Assembly (NCBI RefSeq): GCF_036321535.1
Contig: NC_087447.1
Span: forward strand, 46,316,001 to 46,380,000
Length of the DNA: 64,000 nt
Direction: 5' to 3'
DNA from: Camelus dromedarius
Lineage: Eukaryota
Shown here: piece by piece, positions 47,320-61,029 of the stretch
Layout of the letters: each line of letters starts with the position of its first letter
How positions within the stretch are numbered: the stretch's first letter is position 1
The notes under the pieces: model-generated
Told to the model about the DNA's origin: nothing
Database searches by the model: none
The model's input: only the letters and a program-made list of their open reading frames with translations
Translations under genes and position numbers: made by a program

Positions 47320-48070
47320 CTATCAATTTAACAAACCTTACTAAGCACCTACCATGGTTCCTGAAGGACCTATTTCAGGGAGAGACAGACAGTTAAATAA
47401 ACTATCTATACAATACAGAGAGTATAGAGGAAAAGTTCAACACAGGGAGCTGTGGAACACATGGAGAACTTCCTAGGAATTCAGAAAAGATTTTCTGAGA
47501 GTGTCACCCTGAGTTGAACCTTGAAATATAAGTAAGAGTTTGCCAAGTAAAGTCATACGAGGGGGGAAGAACATGAACAAAGTCACAGAGACCTGAAAGG
47601 ACATGGAGTTTGGAGGAAAATTATAACAATTCAGGGTTACCATAGCATAGAGGACATAGCACGAAATGGTAGGAAATAATGTCAGACAGTGACGTCGAGG
47701 CCAAAACACTGAGGGCTCTGGTTATTAGTCCAAAGAGTTTAGAATTTATGTTGAAGCAATAAGAGCCACTGAAGAGTTTATAATGAGAGAATGGCACGGT
47801 GAAGTTTGCATTTTAGGTAGCTCTCTCTGGCAGGACTGCGTAAGAAGGATGGGGAAGGGAGAAGGCAGGTTGGAAACAGATCAGTTAGGAGCGGCTGTGT
47901 GTAAGGGCTGCATGTGCATTATCTCAATCACCACACCCTGAGAGAACTGTAGTCATTCCCCCCATTTTACTGATGGGAAGAAAACAGAGTTAGAGAGTTT
48001 AAGTCATCCTCCACCCAAGATCACCTGGATAGTAAATGGCAGAGCTAGAATTTGGCAACCCACATCATCT
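47320..48070 (-). mobile_element. L2 fragment followed by MIR
   Basis: Antisense L2 (agtttagaatttatgttgaagcaataagagccactgaag..tttgcattttag), then the MIR core cccattttactgatgg..cccaagatcac..agtaaatggcagagct. Confidence 0.6.
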
Positions 48071-49031
48071 TTGAATCACATCATGTCTGCCCTACTCCAC
48101 CTTCATCCCCTTCATCAGGTGATTGTAATTTCCTGACTCTTGGCCCAGGGAGAAAAACAAAACTCATCCGTCGTTCATTCCCTTCACCTCCCCACCCTCA
48201 CTCTGCCATCTACAAATTTATATTTGAATTGTCTTTTCCCTCTTGCTACTATTCAAGGCTTAGCCTTCCATCTGTGCACTGGACCCCAGCCTTCTCTTCT
48301 ATTTAAGTACCTCTCCCCATTAATCTGTCATGGTGGTCATTTCAAACTCTCCCTCTCTGTTGGCTCCTTATCCTTAGTGTGCAGATATGTCCAGGTGTCT
48401 CTTCCTCCATTCACCTTTGCTTTACAAAAGGAGGGATGTGTTCTCTCTTCATCTAACCTCTTACCACCTTCCTGATCTTTACCCAATGCCATTTTACTTT
48501 TAACTCCAATATGCTACTAAAGCTTCCTTTTCTGAAATAATCTATCATACTGCCATATCTAATACTACTTTTCATTTCTTATTATTAGTAATCTCCAATT
48601 TCTATTATTAATATATCTTTGATAATATCAACCATTAAATATCTACCAAGTATTAGATATATTTATTATTTCTAATCATCACACCAAATCTGTGAAATTA
48701 AAGTATCACTGGTTCATGCATGAGGAAACTGACTCTCAGATAAGTAACTGCCCAAAGTCAAACAACCTCTTAGTAGCTAAACTGGTATTTGAATCCAGAA
48801 CTATTAGGGTCAAAGCTTCCATTAGCTTTAGAAACTTCCATTTTGTTTTGTTGATTACCTAGTCACCTTTCTTTGGCTTCCTCTCCACTCCCTTCTAATT
48901 CTCTTATTTCACAAGAATGTCTAAGACATGTAAGACAATGTAATATAGGAAACATCATATGGGCTTTAGACCTACCTGAGTTCAATTCCAGCTCTGCCTG
49001 CTACAAATCCACGTATGTGCATGTGCACGCG

Positions 49032-49052
49032 CACACACACACACACACACAC
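49032..49052. repeat. (CA)n microsatellite
   Basis: About 10 CA units. Confidence 0.9.
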
Positions 49053-49553
49053 TTCCATTCATATTACCATATTATCATACACATTCATTTATACAGGCAC
49101 AACACACATATTTGCTCACACAAATTTTGATGAAGATCTACACACTAACACACATTTTTCCTGTTCACACAAATAGCCCTTCACAATGAACATATACACT
49201 TTTAAACTTCCCTTCATGTATATATCCACCCAAATTGACACGCAGTCATTTCCCACTCAAACTCACTCACAGACATAAGTTCTGACTTATCTAAGTCATA
49301 ATTTTGCCTATGCATTCAGCATGCTGACTCTCCTCCCATTTAATCAGTTTCCTTAGGGAGGTGGAGCTTCCAGAGGTTACTCAACTCTTATGCCTGCCTC
49401 CAGCCTGACAGTTCCCTCACCTGTACCAGAAAAGAGAACTCTCTTTGTGAATGCAGTTCACAGGACAACACCCCCCGCTTCACCAGTTCCATATGGATTC
49501 ACCCAAACATGGGTCAGAGACATAAAATACCAGCGATGGTTGGCACTTTACAC

Positions 49554-49775
49554 CAGGGGCCATCAAACTGCAGCCTGTGGGCCAAATCCTGCCCACTACC
49601 TACTTTTATAAATAGAATTTTATTGGAACACAGCAGTGCCCAGTTATTTACGTATTGTCTATGACTGCTTTCATAGGACAGACTGAATAGCTGCAACAGA
49701 GACCATGTTCAAAACTTGTAAAAAGAGTAAAATATTTGCTCTTGCCCTTTACAAAAACCATTTTGGCAATCTCTG
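49554..49775 (+). mobile_element. MER58A (hAT-Charlie)
   Basis: caggggccatcaaactgcagcctgtgggccaaatcc..ttttattggaacacagc..ggcaatctctg; 8-bp TSD-like ctttacac/ctttagaa. Confidence 0.8.
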
Positions 49776-50789
49776 CTTTAGAATAATCCTGTTGTATGAC
49801 TTATTATTTACAAAGGCCACAGAAGGAATGGCAATTTTCCCAAGGTCACAGAGGAAGTGAGTTAAGATGTCTTGCCTCTCATTCCACCATTTCCACCATG
49901 CCACAAAACTTCTCCAGAAATATTTTGGTCTGTCCTCTCTGACTGCTCTCAAGGGATAGAGAATTCCAAATATAGCTCCATTTGGTGACCAAATGATGAA
50001 GGCAATCCATTATTGTTTCCCATGTCTCTCATCAACAAATTCATCATTTCCTACCTCCTTTATATTCAGTCAGTCACCACCATTCCTGCCTGTGGGCAGA
50101 AGGGCCCACAGAAGCACCAGGCTATCCCAGCGAGTACCAACCTACATCTCGGGTCACCCCAAACTGTCCAGCACAGCCATCAGGAACCACAGGCTAGAGC
50201 CATGCCCCTGCTCCAGGGTGTTTCCACAACCAGCAGACTGTGTGCAGTGGCCAAGGGACCAAGCCAGAGGAGGAAATGAAGGCAAATAATTTTCCTCTGA
50301 GCATCTTTGGGGACCATGGGCTTTTTCATGTGACTTTCTTCTCCCCTAGGATCTCCTCTAAAGCCAGTGACATAACTGTAAAGCTCTTAACCCTTTCTTG
50401 TCTGAGTGCCAGGGCCTCATGTGAAAAGTATGCCTGAGAGCTTATATGAGCTTAGGAGAGAAAAGGAGGTGGGAGAGAAGTTTGAGAGCGAGAGGTCAGG
50501 GCAAAGGATGAGAACGTGGCTAGGACCCTGATCAAGTCCCAAGCACTTATTCCAGTGCATTCTCTTCAACCCTGATTTCCAGAAGGCACGAAACACTTCA
50601 GGAGCCAGAATCCTAGATTCTCTTAAATGTTCATTTGTTCATTCACCATCCATTCAAGCCAACGTGTATAAAATTCTAACAATGTTAACAGCCCCATAAT
50701 AAAATGTTGAATAAAATCAAATCCATTTTAAATTTATTTGTATTGTATATAGATCTAATGCTTTGATTCTTTCATTGAGGAATTTTCTT

Positions 50790-53700
50790 CCTTTTTATTT
50801 ATCTATTTTTTATTGAAATAGAGTTGATGTGCAATATCATGTAAGTTACAGGTATACAATATAGTGATTCACAATTTTTAAAGGTTATGTTTCATTCATA
50901 GTTTTTTTTTTAAATATTGGCTATGTTAATTTCAGAAGAACCTGGGCCAGGCCCACCTGCTAGTTTTGGAAGGTCTCCTGGGGACACAGGCGGTGGCTGC
51001 TGCTCACCCAGGGGACATAAAAGCTGGTAGCAGACATTCTGGGAGTGTTCATCTACATGAGCTTTCCCGGACACTGACATCTTGACTGGATAATTGACAC
51101 CAAGACCTAGCCCCACCCAACAGCCTGTAGAGAAGCCTCAGGCCAAACAACATACAGGGTGGAAACACAGCCCCACCCATCAGCAGACTTCCTAAGCCAT
51201 AAATTCCTCTAGACATGGCCCTACCCACCAGAGGCCCAGGACCAAGCTTCACCCAGCAGTGGGCAGGCACCAGCTCCTCCTGCCAGGAAACCTGCATAAC
51301 CTCTAGTCCAGCCTTATCTGCCAAGGGTAGATACCAGAAATAAGAAAACAATCCCAAAGCCTATGGAAGGAATCCACAGACACAGGCTAGACTCTACACT
51401 GGACCCTGGCCCTTGGGTGACAAGAGAGGAGTGTACTGCTGGGACACATAGGATGTCTCCTACAGAGGGCCAAGGTTGAGAAATGTAACTAACCTACCTA
51501 AAAATATAAATAGAAGGACAGACAATATGAGGCAGCAGAGGAATATCTCCTAGGACAAGGTACAAGATAAAATCCCAGAAGAAATAAATGATGAGAAGAT
51601 AGGCAATTTATCTGAGAAAGTTTAAAGTATTGATGTCAAAGATGTTCAGAGAACTCAGGAGGAATACAGATGCACAGACTGAAGTTTTTAACAAAGAGTT
51701 GGAAAACATAAAGAATACCCAAATAGAGTTGAAGAATAAAAATCATTGAAATGAACAATACACTAGAAGGAACCCAGAATAGACTAAATGAGGCAGAAGA
51801 TCAGATCAATGAGCTAAAAGACAGATTAGCGGAAATCACTACTGCAGAACAGAAAAAAGAAAAAAGAATGAAAAGAAATGAGGATAGTTTAAGAGAACTC
51901 TGGGACAACATGAAGCACACTAATATTCACATTATAGGGGTCCCAGAAAAAGAAGAGAGAGAGAAAGAACCTGAGAAAATTTTTAGATACATAATAACCC
52001 AAAACTTCCCCAATTTGGGAAAGGAAACAGTCACCCAAGTCCAGGAAGTGCAGAGAGTTCCACACAGGATCATCCCAAAGAGGAACACACCAAGGCACAT
52101 AGTAACCAAATTGACAAAAATTAAGGATAAGGAGAAAATATTAAAATTAGCAAGAGAAAAGCAACAAATAACATACAAGGGAACTCCCATAAGGTTATCA
52201 GCTGATTTTTCTGCAGGAACTCTACAAGCCAGAAGGAAGTGGCATGATATACTTAAAGTAATGAAAGGGGAAAATTTACAACCAAGAATACTCTGTCCAG
52301 CAAGGCTCTCATTCAGATTTGACGGAGAAATGAAAAGCTTCACAGATAAACAAAAACTAAAAGGATTCAGCACCACCAAACCAGCTTTACAACAAATGTT
52401 AAAGGAACTTCTCTAGTCATCAAACCATAAGAAAAGAGAGCAAAAAGAAGAAAGAGAGAGAGAGGGAAAAAAAAGACCTACAAAAGATTGCTTTGGAAGT
52501 TCAGGGTCTTTTATGGTTCCATATAAATTTTGAAATTGTTTATTCTAGTTCTGTAAAGAATGCCGTGAGTATTTTGACAGGGGTTGCATTGGAGCTGTAG
52601 ATTCCTTTGGGTAGTGTGGCCATTTTGATAATGCTGATTCTTCCTATCCAAGAGCACAAGATACCTTTCCATTTTCTTTGTATCATCTTCAATTTCCTTC
52701 ATCAATGTTTTAGTTTTCAGAGTATAGGTAATCTCCTTGCTTAAGTTTATTTCTAGGTATTTTGTTGTTTTTGATGCAATGGAAATGTTTATGCCAGTTA
52801 TAAAGTTCCGGTTTTTGAAGTGAAAAAAAAAAAGTGAATGAAGGGCTGCAAATGGCAAAATTTCCTTCTTTCTTATGGGTGAGTTGTATTATTACGTATG
52901 TATGCTGCATCTTTACCCATTTATCTATTGATATGCGCTTGGGATGCTACATGTCTTGGCAATTATAAACAATGTTGCTGTTAATAGCAGGGTATATGTA
53001 TCTTTTTGAATTAATCCTTATTTTGTGGTTGGCTTTATTCTTTTGATAACTAAGTTTAAAGAGCTAAAACTCTAAACATTCTTAGAAACAATGAACAGTA
53101 CATATATGTAAATTTAAAAAATATGTGCAGTATATTGTGTATATATATTTACATGCAATATATTGTATGTGTACAAATTGTAACAATTCTACCTAATAAA
53201 ACTGAAAAATGAAAAAAAAAGATACATGCATCCCAATGTTCATAGCAATACTATCTCTATGTACAATAGTGAAAACAAGGAAGCAACCTAAATTTCCATC
53301 GACAGCTTACTAGTTAGAAGTTGTGGTATATTTATACAATGGAATACTACTCAGCCACAAAAAAAGAATAAAATAATGCCATTTGCGGCAACATGGATGG
53401 ACCTGGAGATTGTCATTCTAAGTGAAGTACACCAGAAAGAGAAAGAAAAATACTATGTGCTATCACTTATATGTGGAATATGAAAAAAAAAAAAAAGGAC
53501 ACAAATGAAAATATTTACAAAACAGAGACAGATTCACATCATAGAAAATAAACTGATGGTTACCAGGGAGGAAAGGGGGTGAGGAGAGATAAATTGGGAG
53601 TTGGGGATTTGTAAATAGTAACTACTATATGTAAAATAGATAAACTATATATAAACTATATATAAAATAAATAAACAACAAGGTATACCACAGGGAATTA

Positions 53701-53850
53701 TATGCAATACTTTGTAATGGCCTATAATAAAAAAGAATATGAAAAGAAATATATATATATATGTACAAATGAGTCACCATGCTATACACCAGAAATTAAC
53801 ACAGCATTGTAAATCGAGTATACTTCAAATAAATAAATAAATGAATAAAT
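50790..53850. mobile_element. Composite L1: antisense 3' end (50790-50925), sense 5' UTR + ORF1 (50930-52490), antisense ORF2 (52485-53010), sense 3' end (53220-53850)
   Basis: The ORF1 C-terminal 221 aa is open (51751-52416: NIHIIGVPE, TPRHIV, YKGTPIRLSADFS, PARLSF), but the ORF1 start at 51527 has an early TAG. Orientation switches are visible. Confidence 0.85.
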
Positions 53851-53869
53851 ACAATAAGATAAAATACTA

Positions 53870-55060
53870 TCATCATTAAAAGTATCTAAGGGACCTTGGA
53901 GAAGTAATTTATTCCATGTCTGAGGTAGAAAATTGTAAGATGAATCTGGAACATCTTGGGCAAAAATGTAAGGAAGTTCTCAAAAAAAAAAAAAAAATGA
54001 TAGAGATATGGCAAAGGTTACCAGAGCCAGTTTGATGTGGCTTTCAGTAGTTAAACTTGGGAGAATTTGAGTAGCAAATTGAATTATCATAGCACTGGTT
54101 TATACAAGTTATTGAAGAAAAAAGAATCCATGAGTCCATCCTAATACTAAATAAACAAACAATAAACATGGAGTCTCTTATTTACAACAGAATACCAACT
54201 AATAAATGTAATGGGAAATACTGAGCTGCCAAAACACCATTTGCAACTAGCAAAATAAAAATTGATTCAGGCAAGAATCATCAGGAAATGTTAAAACCCC
54301 TAAATGTAGGTTTGTTGGGGAACAATGTATCTCCCAGGCTCAAGGAATTGCCTCAACTTTTTTCACTGATTACACGGCTTGCAAGGGTGGGGAAATACTT
54401 ATAGAGTGGAGAAATCTGGAAGACCCATTCTATTTATAGATCAGTGATAACATCACCTATAAGACTTACATCAGGTACCTAACGATAACGATACAACAGC
54501 AACACTTACGTATTATTCTGGGCAAAAATGTGAAATCTGAATCTACTCATGAGGAATACATCCAAATTGAGGCGCAATCCATGAAACCTGGGGGCCTATA
54601 ACTTTCTTAAAAGTGGCATTTTCATAAACACAGTAGAAAGTTAAAGGACTGTTTCAGATTAAAGGGGAGTAAATATACGGCAACTTTAAATAATATTTCA
54701 TCCTAAATTGAATGAAAAGAAAAATAATAATTGCTATGAAAAAGAGTTTGGGGAAAACGAAATTTGAATATGTGCTGTATTTTGGATTAAAACATTGTAT
54801 CAATGTGAAATGTGAATTTGGTCATTGCACTGCTATATAGGTAAGAGACTGTCCTTAGAAGTTAACATGCCAAATATTTAGAGATGAAGGCTCATGATCT
54901 CTGCATATTTTACTCAAATGATACAGCAAAAATTTAGACTAAGAACAATGAGAGAGAGAGGGCAGAGAGGGAAATGTGGCCAAATGTTAATAATGGCTGA
55001 ATCTATAAGAAAGTTTTATTGGAATTTATATTTAAGTAACTCTTCCGTGTTTTCATTATC
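53870..55060 (+). mobile_element. Ancient L1MC-type 3' UTR
   Basis: ccttggagaag..tgaatctggaacatctt..agtggagaaatctgg..attgtatcaatgtgaaat..tgtggccaaatgttaataa. Confidence 0.6.
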
Positions 55061-55839
55061 TCTAAATAAGCATTTAATGGGAAACTAGTTTTATCGAACA
55101 CTTCCGTAAGTTAAGCAGGCAGGGAGTCTTCCTGAATAAGCTCATTCCACCATTTTAAATAGAAATCTATGAATTTATCATCATATGCACACACACATAG
55201 CAGTCTCTTCTTTACAAATATATACATAAGCACTTATTTGGGCTAAATGAATGAAGAAAAACAGAGAATATTTTAAAGTGTGGAGATATATTACCAGCAA
55301 AAAGCTATAGGGAAATGTGCAAACTAAGCATTTACTTGTAGATTTGCTGGCAGCCAAAAGAGAGGAGCAAAGAGATTATTTCTTCATTATGCCCTGACTC
55401 ACATAAGTACATAACAGACTGAAATTTTAATGAAGACATTAAAATTTTCTCATTAGCAATTAAAATCCATTACTTCAGTTTCTAGAATATGAAATGATAT
55501 GAAAATAAGAAACAAATTTCATTTAAAATTTGTCAAAATTATAAAGAAAACCATTAGGAATAAGTATTTTTTTAAATCTAAATACTTGGTGGTTAATTTA
55601 TTTGTACCAATATAAGATAGGATTCATAGTTACCAATTCTCATTCAAATGAAAACAGGAATATTTAGTGTAATGACATAAACATTCTATTTATTGGAAAT
55701 AATATATGTGCACACCCAATCCGAGGATGGAGTTATGGAGGAGAGGATGGTGTTGACAGACATGGAGAGCCATAATAAAGTGACCCATGTGTATGCAATG
55801 GAGGGGGTGCTGTTGGAAACACAGCTCTGAATCCGGGTT

Positions 55840-55973
55840 TCCTGGGGGATTAGCTTCCCCTGGAGTCTTCAGGAAAATGCATAAAAATCCCTGCTCCCTG
55901 GTACCCAACACTCTGAGTCCTCCTTGAGTCCTCACATTCTAGGCTATGAAGACTGCATTTGGGGCAGGTGAGT
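55840..55973 (+). promoter_or_regulatory. Putative OR52B4 promoter and 5' non-coding exon
   Basis: O/E (EBF)-like TCCTGGGGGA 55840-55849 and TCCCCTGGAG 55856-55865, a TAAT core on the minus strand between them, CATAAAAA 55880-55887, perfect donor CAG|GTGAGT at 55967/55968, and an acceptor ctccag| at 56656 two nt before the ATG. Confidence 0.5.
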
Positions 55974-56658
55974 AAGTTTTTTACTGGCATGGTGTAAACT
56001 TTTAGGAAGGAAAAGGAGAGTACCCCATCTACACTAGAGGGTTATGGGGACTAAAGTAGATGTTTGAGAATATTAAGATGTTTCTCTGGCACTAAGTAGA
56101 ATGATATCTAATGCTCTATAATTTAAAAACGCAGTGATCAACTAACTCCTCCCACGATAGCACCAAATCCCTTAACTTGTAATCAGAGCCAAAATACTTT
56201 TGTTTCTTTCTTACCATTGTGTGATAGATGTAATCACACAATCACACAGGGGTGCAAACTGTTTTAAATGCATTAAATATTTGTATGACAACAGTTTATC
56301 CTTAAATTCCCAAATAACTTCATCCCATCCTCCCCCTAATTTATATCCATCCAATGACATCCAACAGCCAAATAGACTGAATTATCCATTCCATCAGGTT
56401 CCCACAGGAGTTTTCCCTTGTACAACTAATATGTTCTCTTAACATATTAATTTAGTTAGATATATAAATGTCCATCTTCCCTCTAAGATTGTTACCTCAT
56501 TAAAAAAAAAAAAAGCAGATGATATGCAATTCTTAACCCTATGTTTCCATCACCCCTATGGAAACGAATCAGGTAGGTGCCATAAGCTCTGAGTACAGTC
56601 TAAAAGTTGAACTGTGTCTATAAACAGAAAGTGAGGTCCCAGGTCATCTGCTCCAGGT

Positions 56659-57603
56659 ATGACGACCTTAAACCACATTGGTGTTAGCCACACAGTCTTC
56701 CGCTTGCTGGGCATCCCCGGCCTTGAGGACCAGCATTTGTGGATTTCCATCCCCTTCTTCATTTCCTATACCATCACCCTGCTTGGGAACAGTCTGCTCA
56801 TCAGCATTATCCTCACGAAGCGCAGCCTCCACGAGCCCATGTACCTCTTCCTCTGCATGCTGGCCGGAGCAGACCTTGTCCTCTCCACGTGCACAGCACC
56901 TCAGGCCTTGGCCATCTTCTGGTTCCATGCTGGGGAGATCTCCCTGGATTGCTGCATCACTCAGCTTTTCTTTATCCATTCCACCTTCATCTCTGAGTCA
57001 GGGATCTTACTGGTGATGGCGTTTGACTGCTACATTGCCATATGCTACCCACTGAGATACACCACTATTCTTACACATGCACTGATAGGGAAAATTGGTG
57101 TGACTATATTCCTGAGAAGTTATGCTACAATTTTCCCCATAATATTTCTTCTGAAAATACTGACTTTTTGCAGAAATAACATTCTTCTACACACGGCTTG
57201 TAAGCACATTGTCTTGGCCCGTGTTTCCTGTGATGACATATGAGTAAACATCTGGTATGGGTCTTTTGTCCTAATGTCCACAGTGACCTTAGATGTTGTG
57301 CTAATTTTCATTTCATATATGCTTATTCTCCATGCTGTTCTCTGCATCCCTTCTCAAGATGCTCGCCACAAAGCTTTCAACACATGTGGCTCCCATGTCT
57401 GCGTCATCATTCTCTTTTATGGGCCTGCCATCTTCACAACACTTACTCAGAGGTTTGGACACCATATCCCACTCCATATTCACTCTCTGCTGGGCAATGT
57501 CTGCATTCTGGCTCCTCCTATGCTGAATCCCATCATTTATGGGATCAAAACCAAACAGATCCAGGACCAGGTGACTCAAGTTTTGTTTTCAAAAAAGGTA
57601 TGA
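56659..57603 (+). pseudogene. OR52B4: OR52B4-like olfactory receptor pseudogene (single in-frame TGA at codon 195)
   Basis: ORFs 56659-57243 and 57274-57603 share one frame, interrupted by TGA 57241-57243 (DDI*VNIWYG). It closely resembles OR52B4 (SHTVF.LLGIPGL, ILTKRSLHEPMYLFLCMLAGAD, LRSY.TIFP). Additional changes: DRY->DCY and CEH->CKH. Confidence 0.9.
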
Positions 57604-57979
57604 CTTTCAGAATGGAGGCAAAAGTACTGTTTTCTCCACATTTCTCACTCAGAGTCTGAGAAACAAATGAGTTCACCTTTTTAATTCATTGCTAGTCGAT
57701 AGCTCTAGATAGGCGTTTGGAAAGAGATGAATTATGGATAATTGCTAGACTAATCTTTCCTGGTTTGTTCTGTGCCTTGATGTGGTGAAGTAGTCCTCAT
57801 TCCATTTACCTACCTCGAGACATTGCTCTATATATTCTTCCCACTGTCTGCTCTATCACAAAGTTTTCTTTTTCACAGGCTCACCTCTATCCACATAATT
57901 CTGCTATTTATCCTACAGGAAAGAAGGGAAGGACGGAGGGAGGAAGGGAAGGAAGTCAAACATGCAAAAATCTCTGGCA

Positions 57980-58290
57980 TCCACATTCCCTTGTAGCCTT
58001 ACCCCTTTCCTCCAACTACTTTCCCCTTCTCCTTCTCTTCTCCTTCTCCTTTCTCTCTCCCTCCATCACAGAAAAACACCTTAAAAGAGTTGTCTATACA
58101 TTCAGGATTCAATACTTTTCCCTCTGTTTCCTTTTGAATCTCACAACAATCAGGCATTTTCCCTTTGCCATTGCACGCATGTCACAGTGACTTCCACGCT
58201 GCTGGATCCAATGGTCAATCTTCATTCTGTACCTCACATGACACGTGAGAAATATTTGACACAAACGCTCTCTCATTCTTGAAGCTTCTC
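57980..58290 (+). mobile_element. L2 fragment
   Basis: aaaagagttgtctatac..caatcaggcattt..gtgacttccacgctgctggatccaatggtcaatc..tttgacaca. Confidence 0.55.
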
Positions 58291-59222
58291 ACTTATCCCA
58301 TCTTAGACAGTATATTAGAAATAAAGTTTCTATAAAATACCCATTTCTTCCAAAATGGAGCTATTCACTCCTAATATCTTATAAAAGATTGTGTCTTAAC
58401 TGGAACCGTGTCTGTCTACTCACGAAACCACTGTATTTTCAATACGGCACATGGAAACCTTTATTTCCCACTCCTCATGGTTAGACAGGTAGATATTGAT
58501 AGTGACCATTACAACTTCCAAACATAACTTCCTCTCCCTTTAGCAAAACTACCAACACTCGTGGAGTTAACACCAGCTGGAAACTATTTTCCCACTGTAC
58601 CAACTAACACCTGATCTAGCCCCATTGTCCCCACCCCATGATTTTTTTTAATGGAGTGCCCCTGAGCCCCGGGCAGAATTTAGCAGCCTTCTGGTCCCAG
58701 CTCTGGCTCGATTTCAGCAGATCCAAACCTGGAAAAACATTGCCACAATGAGGAGCATCATAAGATACAGATAAAAGGGCCAAGCAATAATGAAGATCAG
58801 GACTCTGCATCCTGGGACCACACTCACCACGAGTAAGACCACGAACCGCCTGTGGAATGCTGCCAGCGTTCACCATCCTGGCCAAACAATGTGGTAACAT
58901 CCACAGCTCGACGTAAACCATCTCTGAGCTGTGATCATTGCCTCTAATCCATCTCAGAATTTTCAAGCAACACAGGCCCAGGCACTGGGGGCTCAGAAAG
59001 CAACACGGGCCCCGGGCACCCTCTCAGGCGTCCTTTTACTCGACTACTACTCTAATTTTTAGCAGCTCCATCAAACAAAAGATTCCCCACTCAATACCCA
59101 CAATGTTCAGTGTTTTGACCTCTTCCTCAGCTGTGTTTGTCTAAGTCTACCAGCGATGTTAGCTTCCACAATTAAACCAAGAACTCTACCACCTGATCAA
59201 AATCTCAAGAAGTACATTCACC

Positions 59223-59574
59223 TCTAAAAAAAAAAAAAAGCATAAATACAGAACAGAAATAGACTCATAGACATAGAATACAAACTTGTGGTTGCCATGG
59301 GGGCAGGGGGTGGGAAGGGACAGACTCGGATTTCAAAATTGTAGAGTAGATAAACAAGATTATACTGTATAGCACAGGGAAATATATACAAGATCTTGTG
59401 GTAGCTCATGGAGAAACAAATGTGACAATGAATATATGTATGTTCATGTATAACTGAAAAATTGTGCTCTACACTGGAATTTGACACAACATTGTAAAAT
59501 GATTATAAATCAATAAAAAAAGTTAAAAATAAATAAATATAAATAAATAAATAATAAATTATTATGATAAAAAA
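59223..59574 (+). mobile_element. Short young L1 3' end with 16-bp TSD
   Basis: Same 3' UTR type as 30795-31130; TSD aagaagtacattcacc (59207-59222) / aagaagtacaatcacc (59575-59590); A-rich tail. Confidence 0.9.
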
Positions 59575-60234
59575 AAGAAGTACAATCACCAAACTCAAAG
59601 TTCCAACTTCTCAATTTTTTATGTTTTTTGAACTATAAGGGCTCTTAGACAAACTGTATTCCACAACCGATTTAATCCAGTCCCATTCCCTTTCATTTTT
59701 ATGCACACTTTATATTTTGTAATTCATCAGTGCAATCACTCCATTTTAGCACCCACGGCCCTTGCCTCCTCTCTCTGTCATGTTTGCCTTGTGCATGCCC
59801 AAAGAGGAGCTCAATTCACAGCCTTTTCTAAATTTCTCCCACATGGCTTTGCTGGTAAAAATAGTATCAACTGAGCAAATCATTTCTATTTTCAAAAGAA
59901 CTCCCAGCACTACCTAAAAAGCTACTTCCATTTTGTGTTCCCATAATTTGAAGTGATCCCTTCGCCTCCCCAATCCTGACCCAGACTACCCACCATCCAC
60001 TGAGATACTTACCAAAAAAGGCAGTGAATCTAGCAGGAAAGAACACTCACCACCCACCACCAGCACTGCCACATGCAGGTATGTGGACCTGTACGCCTGT
60101 GGTCAAAGACAGAAAACTGAGAGCGATTCAAAATTCTCCCCTCTCTCTCCTCTTCACCAAGTCCTGTCATTTCAACTCCAGCAGCTCTCCATGACCCGAC
60201 ACTGCTGGGCTACCCCACACAGGTCTGCAATACC

Positions 60235-60662
60235 TGTACTCGCACGGCTTCAGGACCAAAAAAAGAGCCCAGAGTCAGGGACGGAGGCATAAATGGTTTC
60301 ATAGATAGTGGTACTTACATGTCTGAAGCAAGGTCCGGGAGCAACACCCTACCATGTACAACCAACGGTGGGGCAGGACAGGGCAGCAGTCTTCACGCCC
60401 CAAACCAAGCAGAGGTTATGAAAGGAATGGACCTCAGGTTGGTTCATCAGTTAACAAGGAAAACAGCAGAGAAGCACGGCCCTCACTGCCCCTTTGATAA
60501 GCAGAGAGGAGCATTCTACGTTAGAACAATCATTTGCTGAACCTGGGGTGAATATGTAGGAAGGTCAGTCAAACCAGTAGGGTATAGGTGAAGCAGAAAC
60601 TGGTCAAGCAGGGGGTGTACAGACAACAGGAGAACAGTCATCTTAAGTAGCCTGACCATAGA
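60235..60662 (-). mobile_element. Probable ERV solo LTR
   Basis: About 430-bp block beginning tgtactcg and ending gaccatag, with LTR-like composition; no clear TSD. Confidence 0.45.
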
Positions 60663-61029
60663 GCCATCTACTCCGCCTGTCGAGAGCCACCACCTGACTC
60701 CCAGGCCCCTCGTCTTCTCAAGAATGACTGTACTAGCTGCTCCCTCCAGGCCCACCCCTGCTCCACCCTGGCTACACGCCATAAAGCAAGCTGACATCTG
60801 CTTCCTTACACAGCAAGTGAACTCCTTCAACTCTGTCACCGACCTGTCTTTATTTCCTCCTGGAAATCACACAAGCCTTGGTGACACTGCTGATCATCAC
60901 CAACAATGTTTCACTTTCCAGGAGTGAGGATCCACTTTCTGAGGACCCCAATATCCAAATAACAAACATTTTCAGTGTATTAGCATTTTCTGCATTTCAT
61001 ATTTGGAAGGAAAACCAAACTCTTCATGG

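Noticed and set aside
51751..52416. 221-aa ORF as a host gene or domesticated ORF1
   Set aside because: It is the C-terminal part of L1 ORF1p. The N-terminal part (ATG 51527) has an early TAG, so it is a decayed L1.
58616..59050. CpG-containing block with a 116-aa minus-strand ORF as a processed pseudogene
   Set aside because: No recognisable protein, poly(A) tail or TSD; it lies among old L2-like sequence.
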